Below are positions 1 through 12,277 of a DNA stretch of 64,000 nucleotides, one piece after another; the first letter of the stretch is position 1; the number at the start of each line of letters is the position of its first letter. This DNA is from Vitrella brassicaformis CCMP3155 (lineage: Eukaryota; Protista; Chromerida), in contig CDMY01000315.1 of the NCBI GenBank assembly GCA_001179505.1, positions 1-64,000 on the forward strand, written 5' to 3'. The notes under the pieces were generated by a model, which searched no databases, had not been told where the DNA came from, and worked only from the letters and a program-made list of their open reading frames with translations. A program made the position numbers and the translations under genes.

Positions 1-742
1 GGGCGGTAAGTCCCAGAGTAAGAGTGCTTTTACTTTAATAAGACCGATGGACTGGCCAATCAGTCAAAGTTGTTTCTGTCCATGTATGGCATCATGAAGG
101 GTGGTCAACACAGATCTCACTTCGGTGATGGCTGATAAGATCGTGTCTCCTCAGAATGCTTTCCTTGTCTTTCCTTGTCTTCTCTCTCTCCACCCGTTAC
201 ACAGCAATATACCCTAGCTCACAAGCTCGCAGTGGTTCGTCTTGCCAAGCTGGCAATCCTGACAATAATCACATACATTGAGTGGGTCCGATCGAAGACA
301 GCATACAGACAGGCCACGCCACCGCAGCAACCGGTGAGATTTGGTGAAGCGTCATGACGTAGCAGCAGCATGGCAAACGCAGATTCCACAAAAGACACCA
401 CAGCCAGGCAGGCAGGCAGGCAGGCAGGCAGCCAGGCAGAAATAGGGAAGTGGCAGTTTCGCCTCTCACATATTTATTGATAAAGCACGTCGGTCGGCAA
501 ACACAGCACCAAAACACAACACGCTGACGAGCCCACGACAGCGACAGACAGACAGACAGCCAGGATGCCACGTACACAACGAACGTACATACAATCGACC
601 GCTAGCTACAATTGATGTACACAAATCTACTGACAAGACACAAGTACAGATGCCGTGCAGCACTTTCACCAGTAAACGAATTAAGCCCCGCCGTCGCACT
701 CAACCACCCACAGCCACCCACAGCCCCCTTGTGTGTTGGCTC

Positions 743-2985
743 CTACGCCTTGATGCCCTGGTCAGCCTCTCCCTGTCCCTCCTCCTCGCCATCCATCTCG
801 GCGGGCTGTCGCTCAGTGCCACGGCGATCCTGACAATGACCGACACAAACCACACATCGACGCACATCTGGCCATCTCCTGCAGTGGCAGTGTGTGGGGG
901 TTGATTGGCCGACCTGATCTGCGACTGTGAGCGTGTCGATCTTGAGGCGCAGGGCGTCTACCTCGCGCTGCCGCTCAGCGACGTCCTGCGTGCATCACCA
1001 ACACACATTCATATGAATGCACGATAGAGGAAGGTGAGTCTGGTACATTCAGGTGGCTGACCTTTGATGTGTGGTCGATGAGTGCGTCGACAAGCTCCTT
1101 GAGAAGCACTCCCTCGGAGTCATTATAGAAGAGGGCGTCCAGCAGGGCTTCCTTGACTGCGTTCTGGATGGCTGGGGTCAGCGAGGGCAGGAGGGGCAGG
1201 ACGATCGGCACGTCCCTGATGTTCTCGAGAATGGAGTCCTTCAGGTAAAACTTGATGGCGTCACAAGCGGGCCCGCACACATGCCCGATGGCGGCCACCC
1301 AGTGCAGGACGAGCGCCAGATGGTGCCGCTTGACGGCAGACAGGGCCGCCGCCATGTGGACAGCCACCTCGCGACGAATCGACCTGCATATTCAACGACG
1401 AGACCACCACCCAGGCACACACTCAGGGTGCAGGACGTGTCGGGTGCGTGCAGGTGCTCATTTCCACTTGCCTGGCCATCATCGAGATCTCCTCATAGCA
1501 GCCCTCAGCCACGCACATCCGCAGGTAGTGCAGGGCAAGTGCTCGCATCGGGAACGTGCAGATGGTCGTCTTCATTTTCACCTCCTTCAGGCACGCCCCC
1601 GCCTCCTCCAGTGCTGCAGCCGATATGCTCGGCTTGCAGATGTGCCCGCCCAGCGCTCCTGACAGCAGCACGACATGGAAACCGGCGACAGAGGCACTTG
1701 TCGACCCGCCGTCGCCCATGGGGATGCCCTTGGCCACGGCAATGGAGCCCTCATGCAGTCGGACCGCTGATTCCTCATCAGCTTTGCCGCCACTGCAGGG
1801 GATCGCCAGTGAGGCCTCGACGGTGAAGCACTTGACGGAGGACTCCGTCACGCCTTTGAGGCCGCCTTGGTCCGGCAACACCATGCACCAGCCGGCGACG
1901 TCACGCACTTTGGCATCGCCGTCGCTAATGGCGTTGGATGGGGGGAGAGGACAGCCGGGATGATCGGGGGTGTGGGGGGTGTAGGGGTGCGGCAGGCCAG
2001 CGACGCAGACGCAGAGGTCCGTGCACCAGAAGTCTCCGGTGTCGTTGCCCGAGAAGGGCCGCGCCGTGCTGGTGGATGAAAACGTGAAGATGTCCTGCTC
2101 GAAAACAGCCGCTGGGCAAGAACAGACAAGACAGACAGAGTACATCGCATGCCATCGCAGCCTGCCTCGTGTATTCTTCCTTACCGTGGGCCGTCGACAG
2201 CGACGGTGAGCCGTCGCATTCGAGAAGAATCGAGCCAACTCTTGACGCGACACGTCCACGAGACCGCACGAGATGGCGTCTCCCAGGTTGGCCACCAAGC
2301 TCACGGCTGCCATGATCCCGTCATCGTGAGTCTCTCCCCTCTCGCATCGCCGCCACTGCTCACGGATGACCTCAGGCATCTTGAGCAGGGACGGACGCAG
2401 CGCCGCGCGGATGCCAACGTGCTGGTGGATGAAGCGGGCGATGAAGGCGTAGCGGCCGAAGCTGTCCAACACCTTGACGGCCAGATTGTGGTCACTGAGC
2501 CATCCCTCAACCACGACCTGACGCAGACCAGAATACAGCAACAGTGGATCCGTGAAGTGAACGAGATCTCGTGCCCACCCCGCCATACCCATCGATGGAT
2601 GCGCCACAGGAGGCTCTGAGTGCTGCCGTTGGTGAAGATTTTGTCGGTGTCGAAGTGCAGGTAGTCGAGGGCCACCATCACAGGGAGGAAGTTGTCTTTG
2701 GTCAGCGAGCGCACGATGTCGGCCTCCTGCTGCAGCACCACCTCACCGATGGGCCGAGTGACGTTCTCGATGGACACCTGACGCACCTGGCCTTCCAAAA
2801 ACTCACCATCCAGCAGCTGCCCCCACGCACACAGACAGCAAGAAGACAAAGAAATGTGTGCCTGTCGTCTCTGACCGTGTGCGTGCTGTGTTGTGATCAT
2901 ATCCTACGTGGCTGAAGTACTTGAACAGCCGTGCGATGCCCTCCTTAACGACGAGTGGCTCAACTCCCTCTCCATCGCCCCTCAA
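743..2985 (-). pseudogene. BTB/POZ-like domain protein, paralogue A (about 7 exons; lacks own in-frame ATG; 1-bp deletion near 2213)
   Basis: Spliced peptide GDGEGVEPLVVKEGIARLFKYFSH|..LDGEFLEGQVRQVSIENVTRPIGEVVL..LTKDNFLPVMVALDYLHF resembles the BTB consensus (YF..M..G.F.E...V.I....T..N......DYL). It is colinear with the copies at 8135-10381 and 55610-57944. The last exon DRRGTERQPAEMDGEEEGQGEADQGIKA* ends at 743. Confidence 0.7.
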
Positions 2986-3265
2986 TGCCGCCCCCTCTGT
3001 CCACCTCAATTAGGCCGGTAAGCTGCTGCTGGGCGAGGGAGCTGGCGATGCGGCGCATCAGGAAGGCCTCATCGATGAGCCGAGCGCTATATGTCTTGCC
3101 GACCGCCCGGGCCCTCAGCGCATCGTCGACAGACAGAAAGGACGCGAATACTCGGCCCAGGACGTCAGCAGGAATCATCTCAACAGCAGAATGCCTTGAG
3201 GCGTCAGACTTTGGGCACTCGCTCGCAATGCTGACGCGCCATTTCCAAGACAGTAGCCAGCTCAT
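2960..3265 (-). pseudogene. F-box-like N-terminal fragment abutting BTB paralogue A out of frame
   Basis: ORF ..EMIPADVLGRVFASFLSVDDALRARAVGKTY..LTGLIEVDRGGG has an F-box-like pattern (P.D/E.L..IF.FL...D.LR.R.V). It stops at 2960, overlapping the BTB frame shifted by 1. Confidence 0.55.
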
Positions 3266-3844
3266 CACGGGCCTCACAGCCGTGGGATGACTGCAAACAG
3301 ACGAGGAAATAGAAGAGAATAGGGGCGTCATTGTGTCCTGCTGACTTTCGATTGACTCTCTCTTCCCACCTCTTCCCACCTGTGTTACGTTGTGGAAGGG
3401 CTCCAAATTCACCCCAATGTTGTGGAAGGGGGGTGCGAGCTCGAGGACGAAACTTTTTCCTGTTTCTTTTCCTCCGTTCGCTCACTGAATGGTCCTTTGG
3501 ACTCTCACTGGACAGTCTCGTGCACCAAAATCGCCAAAGAAATGTGTGAGCTTCGAGAAAAACGGCAATTCGATCGTCACTCGATCACCGACTTCGGCAA
3601 ATTCGTTTTGTTGTTTTATCACATCAATCGCTCCGCAATGAGCCCATTGACACGACCGGTGAGAGAAATAGCCGAAAGGAATGCGGCAAAGGCTGGGGGT
3701 CTGGCGGGGGCCTAAAACGCGAGCTCACCTTCCACCAAGGCAGTGAGGAGATGACTCTCACGCACAGACTTGGAGGGCTTCAGATCTTCCTTGCACTTGC
3801 TGCAGCTGACAAAGATCTCTACACGTAGATCTCTCGTGGCCGCA

Positions 3845-6800
3845 ATGTTCCTCCTGATGGTGAGCTTCTCGAGGCTCTTGTCCGACACCGACGGCTTCAT
3901 CGCCCACCCACCCCTCCACCATCATGCCATCGGCAGAGATCACTCATCCGACTCATCAGCACACCTCAACCACCAGCAGCGGCAGCTGGTCTTATGTCGC
4001 GGACGGTTGGCGAGAAGACGACCGTCACGGCAGCTCGGAAGGCGCCCTACTTCGGCAGTGCTATTGTCGGCAGCACGCAAGGCGGCATCGGTGTCATCGG
4101 AGAGTGTTCGTGTTTCCGATGACGTCGGTGTGGGTGCTGTGGTCGACTACGAGAGGGGCGGGGGCGAGGGAATGCTTGGCGTCGTGGCGGCGACAGACGG
4201 GAAGAAGAGCTGGAAGGTCGTGGACGCACTGACCGGCAGGACGCTCTCAGTGCCGCACAAACACATCAGGTGCGCTCCTCTGTCCACACACACAAAGGTC
4301 CATGTGTGCAGTCGACTGTGTGTGTGTGTGGTTGCGTAGGTATGTGGTGCCAGGCATCTCTATGGGCGCCGCAAGCGACGGTCGACTGAATGAGTTGGCG
4401 GCCTTCATGGAGAGGGCCAGGTCACGAGGATGCGACGCCGATCTGCCGACCGTCGAACTGGCCTGGGAAATGCTCAGAGAGGTGGGTAGCTGGTAATCGA
4501 CCGCACACTGACACACGCCAATCAGATCTGGCTGTGTGTGCAGGAGGGTGACTCGTTCACTGTGAGCGACTTTGCCCGTCTGGTGCATGACGACGCCAGC
4601 ACCGCTGAGGCGGCCTATGGCGCCTTCCTCACTCTCCACAGCGATATGGGCAAGGTGTGTTACAAAGACCACTGCACTGCCCACCATCCACTCACACCCA
4701 ACACACATCCCTGTCTGTCTGTCTGTCTGTCTGTGTGTGTCAGGTGTTCTTCAGGCCGACGCGTGACGGCCATTTCGAAGCCCGCGATCCGTCCGTAGTC
4801 GATGTAGCCAGGGAGGCCTTCGCAAGGCGGCAGCACGAGCAGCAAGAGGCCAGGCAGTTCGCCCAGTGGGTAGCCGACAAGCTGGCCGGGGGCGAGAGGA
4901 TCGATTTCGACCCGGATGCCACGAGCCCGTTCGACGCTGTGGATAGGGATGCCTGGAGGGGGCTGGTGGGAGTGGCCTGCCGTCTGGACGACAAGACATA
5001 CACCACACAGCACGATAAACAGGTCACACAGACAGACTCACAGGCAGCCGATGATAGATCATCTCTAGCGTCTTCATTCTGTGTGTGTGTGTGTGTGTGT
5101 GTGTGTAGGGTGAGGAGTTGCTGTCATTGCTGGGTCGTCCGAGTACGGCTGCTGAGGCCTTCGATGTGCTCGTCCGGCTGGGCGTCTTCCACAAACACGA
5201 AAACCTAATGAAACACCGCCTACAGGCACTCAGCCCCCCCCCCCCCCCCCCCCCCCNNNNNNNNNNNNNNNNNNNNNNNNNNNNNNNNNNNNNNNNNNNN
5301 NNNNNNNNNNNNNNNNNNNNNNNNNNNNNNNNNNNNNNNNNNNNNNNNNNNNNNNNNNNNNNNNNNNNNNNNNNNNNNNNNNNNNNNNNNNNNNNNNNNN
5401 NNNNNNNNNNNNNNNNNNNNNNNNNNNNNNNNNNNNNNNNNNNNNNNNNNNNNNNNNNNNNNNNNNNNNNNNNNNNNNNNNNNNNNNNNNNNNNNNNNNN
5501 NNNNNNNNNNNNNNNNNNNNNNNNNNNNNNNNNNNNNNNNNNNNNNNNNNNNNNNNCCCCCCCCCCCCCCCCCACACACACGCACACACACAGAGACAGC
5601 TTTGACGTATTTCTCTATTTGATGTGTGTGTGTGTGTGTGTGGACGTGCAGTTGGGAGAGCCGTTCTCTCGGTCCGTCCTTGATGCGGCGGCTTCTCTGG
5701 TGGCCGACCCGCCAGCCGACCCAGATGCCGCCATCCGGAGAGACCTCACGCACCTGAGGGCAAGCCAATCCACCCATCATCCCACCCATCCACTCCATCT
5801 CTCTGTGTGTGCAGGTGTACACGATAGACGAGCCGTCGACGGTTGAGGTGGATGACGGCATTTCCATCGAGCCGACGGACGACGGCCGTGACAGGCTGTG
5901 GATACACATTGCAGACGTCTCAAGATGGACACACAGGTAGCCATCTGTGTGTGTGTGTGGGCCACTGAAAGTGGGTGCTCTGTGTATGTGTGTGTGTGTG
6001 CAGGGGCGGTGTGTTGGATGCAGAGGCCGCGAGGAGGCAGTCGACTCTGTATTTGCCGGAGGCCACTTATCCCATGTTCCCAATGAGCGTCGCCGCCACA
6101 CTCATGAGCCTCACACAGGCAACTCACATCCACACCACACACAAACACATACCCACACACACACTTTATCTCTCTCTGTCTCTCTCTCTGTGTCTGTCGC
6201 AGGATGGCCCCCGTTATGCGATGAGTGTGGGTGTGGTGCTCAACGATGACGGCTCCATTGCTGCAGATGAGGTCACCCTCACGCCGTCCCGCATCCTCGT
6301 CACGCACAAGGCCACTCCGCAGATGGTCGCCCACACACTCAGCAATGACAGTGTAGCAGACGGAGAGGGATCTTGCCACGATGAGGAAATGCGAAAAGAC
6401 CTCAGTAGGGAGGCATGGGAGGAGGTCCACATGAATGCATTGGCTCTGTGTCTGCGTGTGGTGTGCGTGCAGGTCGTTTGGCTGACTGGGCTCCGCGGCG
6501 CCGCCAGTGGCGAAGGCAGCAGGGCATCCTGGAGCAGCTGCGGGCCGCCGAAGTGCCCTCGTGAGCCACCAACACACACGCACTGGACAGAGAGAGAGAG
6601 AGAGAGATGGTCTCCGTGTGATGTGTTGTGTTGTGTGTTGGTCCATCCATCCATCAGGTGCAAGGTCAGAGCAAAAAAGGACCAATCTGAGCCCGACGGG
6701 TACTTCGTCGACGTCAAGCTCGACGGCTGGGCGGACAGCATGACAGACGGAGAACGGGCGACCGACCCACAGGTGAGCAAAACGGTCCAGCACACCCACA

Positions 6801-7886
6801 CAGACGCTATATACCCCTATCCCTCTCTCTCTCTCTCTCTCTGTATGTGTGTGTGTGTGTAGGTGTTGGTATCTGAGATGATGGTCCTAGCCGGCGAGGC
6901 GGTGGCGCGGTTCTGCCATGCGCACAAGATCCCGGTGCCCTACAGAGGCCAGGACGCCCCCACCAGGATAACGGGTGACGAGTTGGCGGCCATCATGGCC
7001 CTCTCCCACCCCTACTGCAGGAGCTACGCCGTCCGCAAGCTCTACTCGCCGGCCGTCCTTCAACTGGTGCCGTATCGACATGCCGGTGAGTCCTTAGCTG
7101 ACTGAGGGGAGGGAGGCGCGCACAGTCGCTGGATGCCTTTATGTATGTGTGCAGGTCTTGGTTTGGAGGCGTATGTGCAGTTCACGTCGCCCATCCGGCG
7201 CTACAACGACCTGCTCATCCACTACCAAATCAAAGCGGCGCTGCATGCCAGGAGGGCAGATGGAGCGTCAGCATCCCCCAGTCTGCCCTTCACGGCCGAG
7301 GCACTGCGCGACACCATCGCCAATGACAGCACGGCGGCCATCAACAGGCTACAGGTGCGTGTGTGTGCCGAGAGGGAGGGAGGGAGGGAGGGAGGGGAGC
7401 ATTGTCACCAATGTGTGTGTGTCTCTCTCCCAATGTGTGTGCGTGTGTGTGTGTGCAGAGGTCATCCGAGCGGTATTGGACGTACGAGTATCTCCGGCGG
7501 CGGAAGACACAGCGGATGGAGGCCCTGGTGCTGGGCCGCGTGGGCCGGATGGGCTACCGGCTGCTGTTCCCCTCTGTCGGTCTCGAGCTGACGTACGACT
7601 TGCCAAGTCGAGAGGGGGACATCCAACCGGGAGACACCCTCGACGTGGGCACCCTTCTGCACCCATAAGCACACACACACAAACACACTTGTCTACTCTG
7701 TCTGTCTGTCTGTGTCTGTATGTGTGTCTGTAATGGTTGTAGGTGGGCATTGTGTCTGCCGACCCGCGTCAGGGCACTTTGGTGCTCGACGTGCGGCAAA
7801 TGGCGACTGACGATGGCTGCGATAATGTGACGGGCGACACGGAAGAGTTGGCTGATGAGTACAGTGATGGAGAGGATGAATACTGA
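3845..7886 (+). CDS. Ribonuclease II/RNB-family exoribonuclease, probably plastid-targeted, multi-exon
   Basis: Spliced motifs DLTHLR|VYTIDEPSTVEVDDGISIE (catalytic D-x7-DD), LWIHIADVS, EAARRQSTLYLPE, LVSEMMVLAGEAVA and HAGLGLEAYVQFTSPIRRYNDLLIHYQIKA. The leader MFLLMVSFSRLLSDTDG-FIAHP is hydrophobic and followed by an R/S-rich stretch. One intron contains the 5257-5556 gap. Confidence 0.93.
5257..5556. other. Assembly gap (300 N) flanked on both sides by poly-C, inside an RNase II intron
   Basis: N run with a C run of about 23 nt before it and about 17 nt after it. Confidence 0.99.
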
Positions 7887-8134
7887 CACACGCGGGCCTT
7901 TGGGAACGTATGGGTGCGTGCGCCGTGTGATTGATGGCATGGTTATAGTGTGTGTGTGTGTGTTTCTTGAATTGTTCATCTGTTGGTAATACTTGTATGG
8001 GGGAGGGAATCCAACCAACCAACGATCGACCGACGCACTTTGTCAGACTAAAACTAACGGACCGATGGGGCATGCGACAACACAGTGCATTCATAGGCAG
8101 ATGACAAGAGCGGGACGTGGGCACATAGTCGCGT

Positions 8135-10381
8135 CTATGACTTCATCCCACGGTCAGCGTCCCCCTTTTGCTGCTGCTGCTGCTGGCCCTCCATCTCATC
8201 GCGTGGCCGCTCCGTCCCACGACGCTCCTAAACCGACGAACCAACGAACCCACGACAGGCAGGCAGGCATGAAATGAAGGACTGATGCGTACTGGCTGAG
8301 CAAACATCCAGCTGACCTGTTCCTTGAGCGTGGCGTTCTCGTTGCGGAGTCGCTCATTCTCAGCCTCCAGACGATGCCGCTCGGCCGCCTCCTTGGCACA
8401 CTGCAGATCCACACAGACAGACCCAGATGTAGAAGGGGACGGGAGAATGGCGGAAAGAGGTCGGTGATATGCACTACCGTCTTGCTGCAACTGATGAGTT
8501 GGTCGTAGAGCTCGCCGAAGGCCGTGTCGTCTCGTGCGTCGACTGCCTTCTTCAGGGCGTTCTTGAATGCCGTCTGGATGGCTGACGAGAGGAGGGGCAC
8601 CACGGGAAGGACGGCCGGCACATCTTTGACGTCGAAGTCAGACTCCAGCGCGGATGAGACTTGGCCAGCACGAGACTGAGAGAGGCCCTCGATCGCCGCC
8701 GCCCAGTACAGCATCAGTGAGAGACGATGGCGCTGCACCAAAGTCATGTTGGTGATGAGGAACTTGGCAACGTCACGATGAATCGACCTGCACACACAGA
8801 CAATCACAGACAGAGAGAGAGAGAGTCAACACGCATTGTTTGTGTGCATGTGGTCATCTCCCCACTCACTTGGCCATCCTGGAGATCTCCTCATAGCACC
8901 CGTCAATGACGCACATCCGCAGATAGTGCAGGGCCAGTACACGCAGCGGGAAGTGGCGAGTCGTCATCTGCAGCACGACATCCTTGAGGCGGATGTCCCC
9001 CAGCCCCGCCAGCGCATCGGCAGCAATAACGAGGGGCCATACTGCCAGCATGACCGTCCCATAAACTTTGCGCCGAATTCACTGACAGAGGTGCCAGCCG
9101 ATGCTCGATCGCCCATGCGGATCTTGTCGTCGTCCATCAGCGTCGGGCTGTCGTGCAGTTGGACAGTGGGATGAGTGGCGTCGGAATCGCCGTGAGGATG
9201 AGCCACCTCCAGAGAGCCATCGGGCGCATAGCACGACATGAAAGACTCCCCCTCAGCTCGCCCTCCAACGAGTGGCCTGAACTTGACGTACCAGCCCGCC
9301 ATTTCCGTCAGCTTGGCATCGCCGTCGCGGATAGCATCAACTGGCAGGGTGGTGCCTGTGTGAGAGATGTAGGGAGGGGGAAGACCCACCACCTCGACAG
9401 CGAAGCCCATACATGTGACAGATCCCCGCTGGTTGCCGGCAAAGGGCCGCACCGTCGCCGTAGAACAAGATGAGAATTCGTCGGACTCGAAAGCGGCCGC
9501 TGAGATACACAGCGCAATAACAGACCGACCACAGACATACAGGGACCCCCGCCTGCTGTCTTTCTTACCATGTGCGGCCGGCAGTGACGGTGAGCCCGTC
9601 GCATTCGTGAGGAAGCCGGCCAGCTCGTGACGCGACATGTCAATTGTGTTATACGAGATGGCGTCTGCCAGGCTGGCCACCAGGCTTACGGCCGCCTTGA
9701 TGCCGTCATCCTCGGGCTTGCCCCTCTCGCGTCGCCGCCATTGATCACCGATGACGTCACACTTCCTGCGGACGGACTGGCGCAGCGCCGCGCAGATGTC
9801 GGGGTGGCAGTGGATGAATCGGGCCAGGAAGGGGTAGCGAGCGAAGCTGTCCAGCAAGTTGCTGGCCAGCTGATGGTCATCTAGCCAGTCCTCAAGAACA
9901 ACCTGAAAGAAGTCAAAGCGCACCAACGGTGACTCCGTCACCGAGACCTCTCTCATGCCGATTGCTCACCTTGCGATGGATGCGCCACAGGAGGCTCTGA
10001 GTGCTGCCTTTGGTAAAGATCTGGTCGACGTCGAACTGGAGGTAGTCCAGGGCCACCATCGCGTCGACCAAGTTGTCCTTGGTCAGCGATTTGACGATGT
10101 CGACCTCCTGCTGCAGCACCACCTCACCGATGGGCCGGCTGATCTTCTCGATGCACACCTGACGCTCCTGGCCCTCCTGAAACTCGCCGTCCATCACCTG
10201 CACACACACACACAGACAGACACATGGTGTGCATGTCACGTGTCTGTCATCTCTGCCGTGTGTGTACCTGATTGAAGTATTTAAAAAGCCGTATGACGCC
10301 CTCCTTGACGACGAGCGGCCTTGCGAGCGGCGCATCGCCCTCCCCATCGCCAGCGAACCGCACACTCACAGACGGCTCCAT
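8135..10381 (-). pseudogene. BTB/POZ-like domain protein, paralogue B, with C-terminal coiled coil; 1-bp deletion near 9035
   Basis: MEPSVSVRFAGDGEGDAPLARPLVVKEGVIRLFKYFNQ|VMDGEFQEGQERQVCIEKISRPIGEVVL..LTKDNLVDAMVALDYLQF. The frame switches at tatggcccctcg (ORF 8964-9956 to ORF 8866-9051). The C-terminus is EAAERHRLEAENERLRNENATLKEQ|ERRGTERPRDE..GMKS*. Confidence 0.75.
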
Positions 10382-10803
10382 AACACCGCTCATCGCAGCA
10401 GGACGACGACAGCAGACACCGAGGATGCGACGGCAGCACCTTCGACGAGAGTAGAGTAGACCGTGCGAGAGATGCACCGGCAGGACACAGCTCCTCAATC
10501 CTTCTCTTTTCCAAAAAAAAAGGCGATGGTCAAACGTCAGATGGCCTTCCTGGTGTCTATTCCTGCTGGTCTTGCTCCTCGACGACTCGATTCTTCGATT
10601 GAATCGCGGAATCGCGAATGACGCGAGCTCAGAGTGGAGATCTGCCAGCTTTTGCTTTCTGAGGGCCTTACTCATCGCCTGGGGGCCTTGCGTCATCCAA
10701 CATCTCGCTTCCGACCACCCGTCCACCAACGTCTACCGATTCCTGGGCCCTCAGCCTGCAGCCTTGTGGCCAGAGGGCGGCAGCTGATCCGACGAATGCA
10801 GAA

Positions 10804-11264
10804 ATGGCGGGGCAGGAGACCCAGGGAGGCAAGAAAGGGCCTGTCCAGCAGCAGTATGTGAAGCCGCAGCTGGGAGGAGCGCATGTGATCAACATGAAAC
10901 AGGTGCAGCTGGAAGACGACGTGACAGCCGATCACTCAATGCTCAACTGCGCAAAGGTAGGTGAGATACGCAGACAGACAGACAGATAAATGGATGGGCA
11001 GGGCAGGCCGAAGGAGTCAGCCTGTCCCCCTCGCAGACTCCTAGAATGAATGTGTCTGTCTGTCTGTCTGTGCAGATGTCGTGCGTCTTGTCGATATTCT
11101 TCCCCATCATCGGCTGCATCGCCTTCTGTCTGAATCTCGACGCCAAGAAGGGGTCCGAGAGGCATAAGTGGGCCCGCCGCTGCCTCTACACAGCCCTCGC
11201 CGCCTTCACTCTCGTCATCATTCTGCGGGTCATCATCTTGTCACTCTGGTTATCAGGGGTGTGA
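10804..11264 (+). CDS. Small two-exon membrane protein, CD225/dispanin-like topology (copy 1)
   Basis: MAGQETQGG..HSMLNCAK|MSCVLSIFFPIIGCIAFCLNLDAKKGSERHKWARRCLYTALAAFTLVIILRVIILSLWLSGV*. It has two hydrophobic segments separated by a short basic loop and a GT-AG intron at about 10957-11075. A near-identical copy lies at 45863. The family call is inference. Confidence 0.7.
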
Positions 11265-12277
11265 GCAAGGAGGGGACTCTCCGCGGCAGGCGCCTTCAGG
11301 AAGTCAGTCGTGTAGGATGAGTGGTTTCTGTGCCGGTGTTCTGCGTCGCTGGCGTTATCGACTGAAGCTGTGATTCCTCTCGAGGACATGGACGATGTTC
11401 GTTTGCCCCAATGTTGTTGTGTGGGCAGGGGGGACATGGTCATTCGCCTCGGAAATCAGTGGGTGCCTGTAGGGTAGGGTGCCTGATCTTTTTGTTTATT
11501 TATTCATTTGTCATCTCATCCCGTCTGTCTGTCGTGTACACTGTTACCTGCTGGCTCACAGTAGGCAGCTGTACGTACATATGAATGCTCTGCCTCTCCG
11601 TCCGTCCGTCTGTCTGCCTGTCTGTCTCGGTGGCTCTTTCGTCTTGTTGCGTCATTCCCTCTTGGAAAGGTCCATTTTGTGCCTTTCTTTACCCATCACG
11701 TGAGATGGTGAGGTCGGTGAAGAAGGCAAGTAAGGACTGTCGAGGTGTAGATGCATGGCGCTTGTGATTGGTTAGATCTGCTTGGTTGGCTGCACGCACG
11801 GACGATTGTAGGACGCTTGGCTTAAGATAAAACAGACCCAACGCCACGAGCCATGGAAAAGGTCACGCATATAGCCCTCCTTTCGATGACATACGAGCAA
11901 CACTGTCTTTCCTAGTCAAGGAATCCATCACAACACATCACTCAGACCATCACACACGTCACTCAGACATACGCACGACACGACACGAAGCTCCCCCTCT
12001 CTGCCTCCGATTGGTGGAGCAGCGCAGACGAATGCACGCAGTATTCACGTCACGCCACGCGCTCAACGATAGGCACAATCCACTTGTTGGACGACGTGAC
12101 AAACAGACGAAAGCAGTGAGTGAGCAAAATCACATGTGTGCTGTACAGCAAGGAAAGTGACAGATCGGGCATAGACAGGCGCAGTATTCGTGCCCTCAGG
12201 CACGCCATGCAGAGAGCAGCCACGCCAACTCCCACTTCATCCCCACTCACTCACTGCCCGCCCAATGGATGCTTCAG

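Noticed and set aside
5024-6101. Long ORFs containing X runs and HT/CV/SL repeats (also at 17.8-18.5 kb and throughout)
   Set aside because: These are artefacts of N gaps and intronic microsatellites, or antisense shadows of GC-rich exons.
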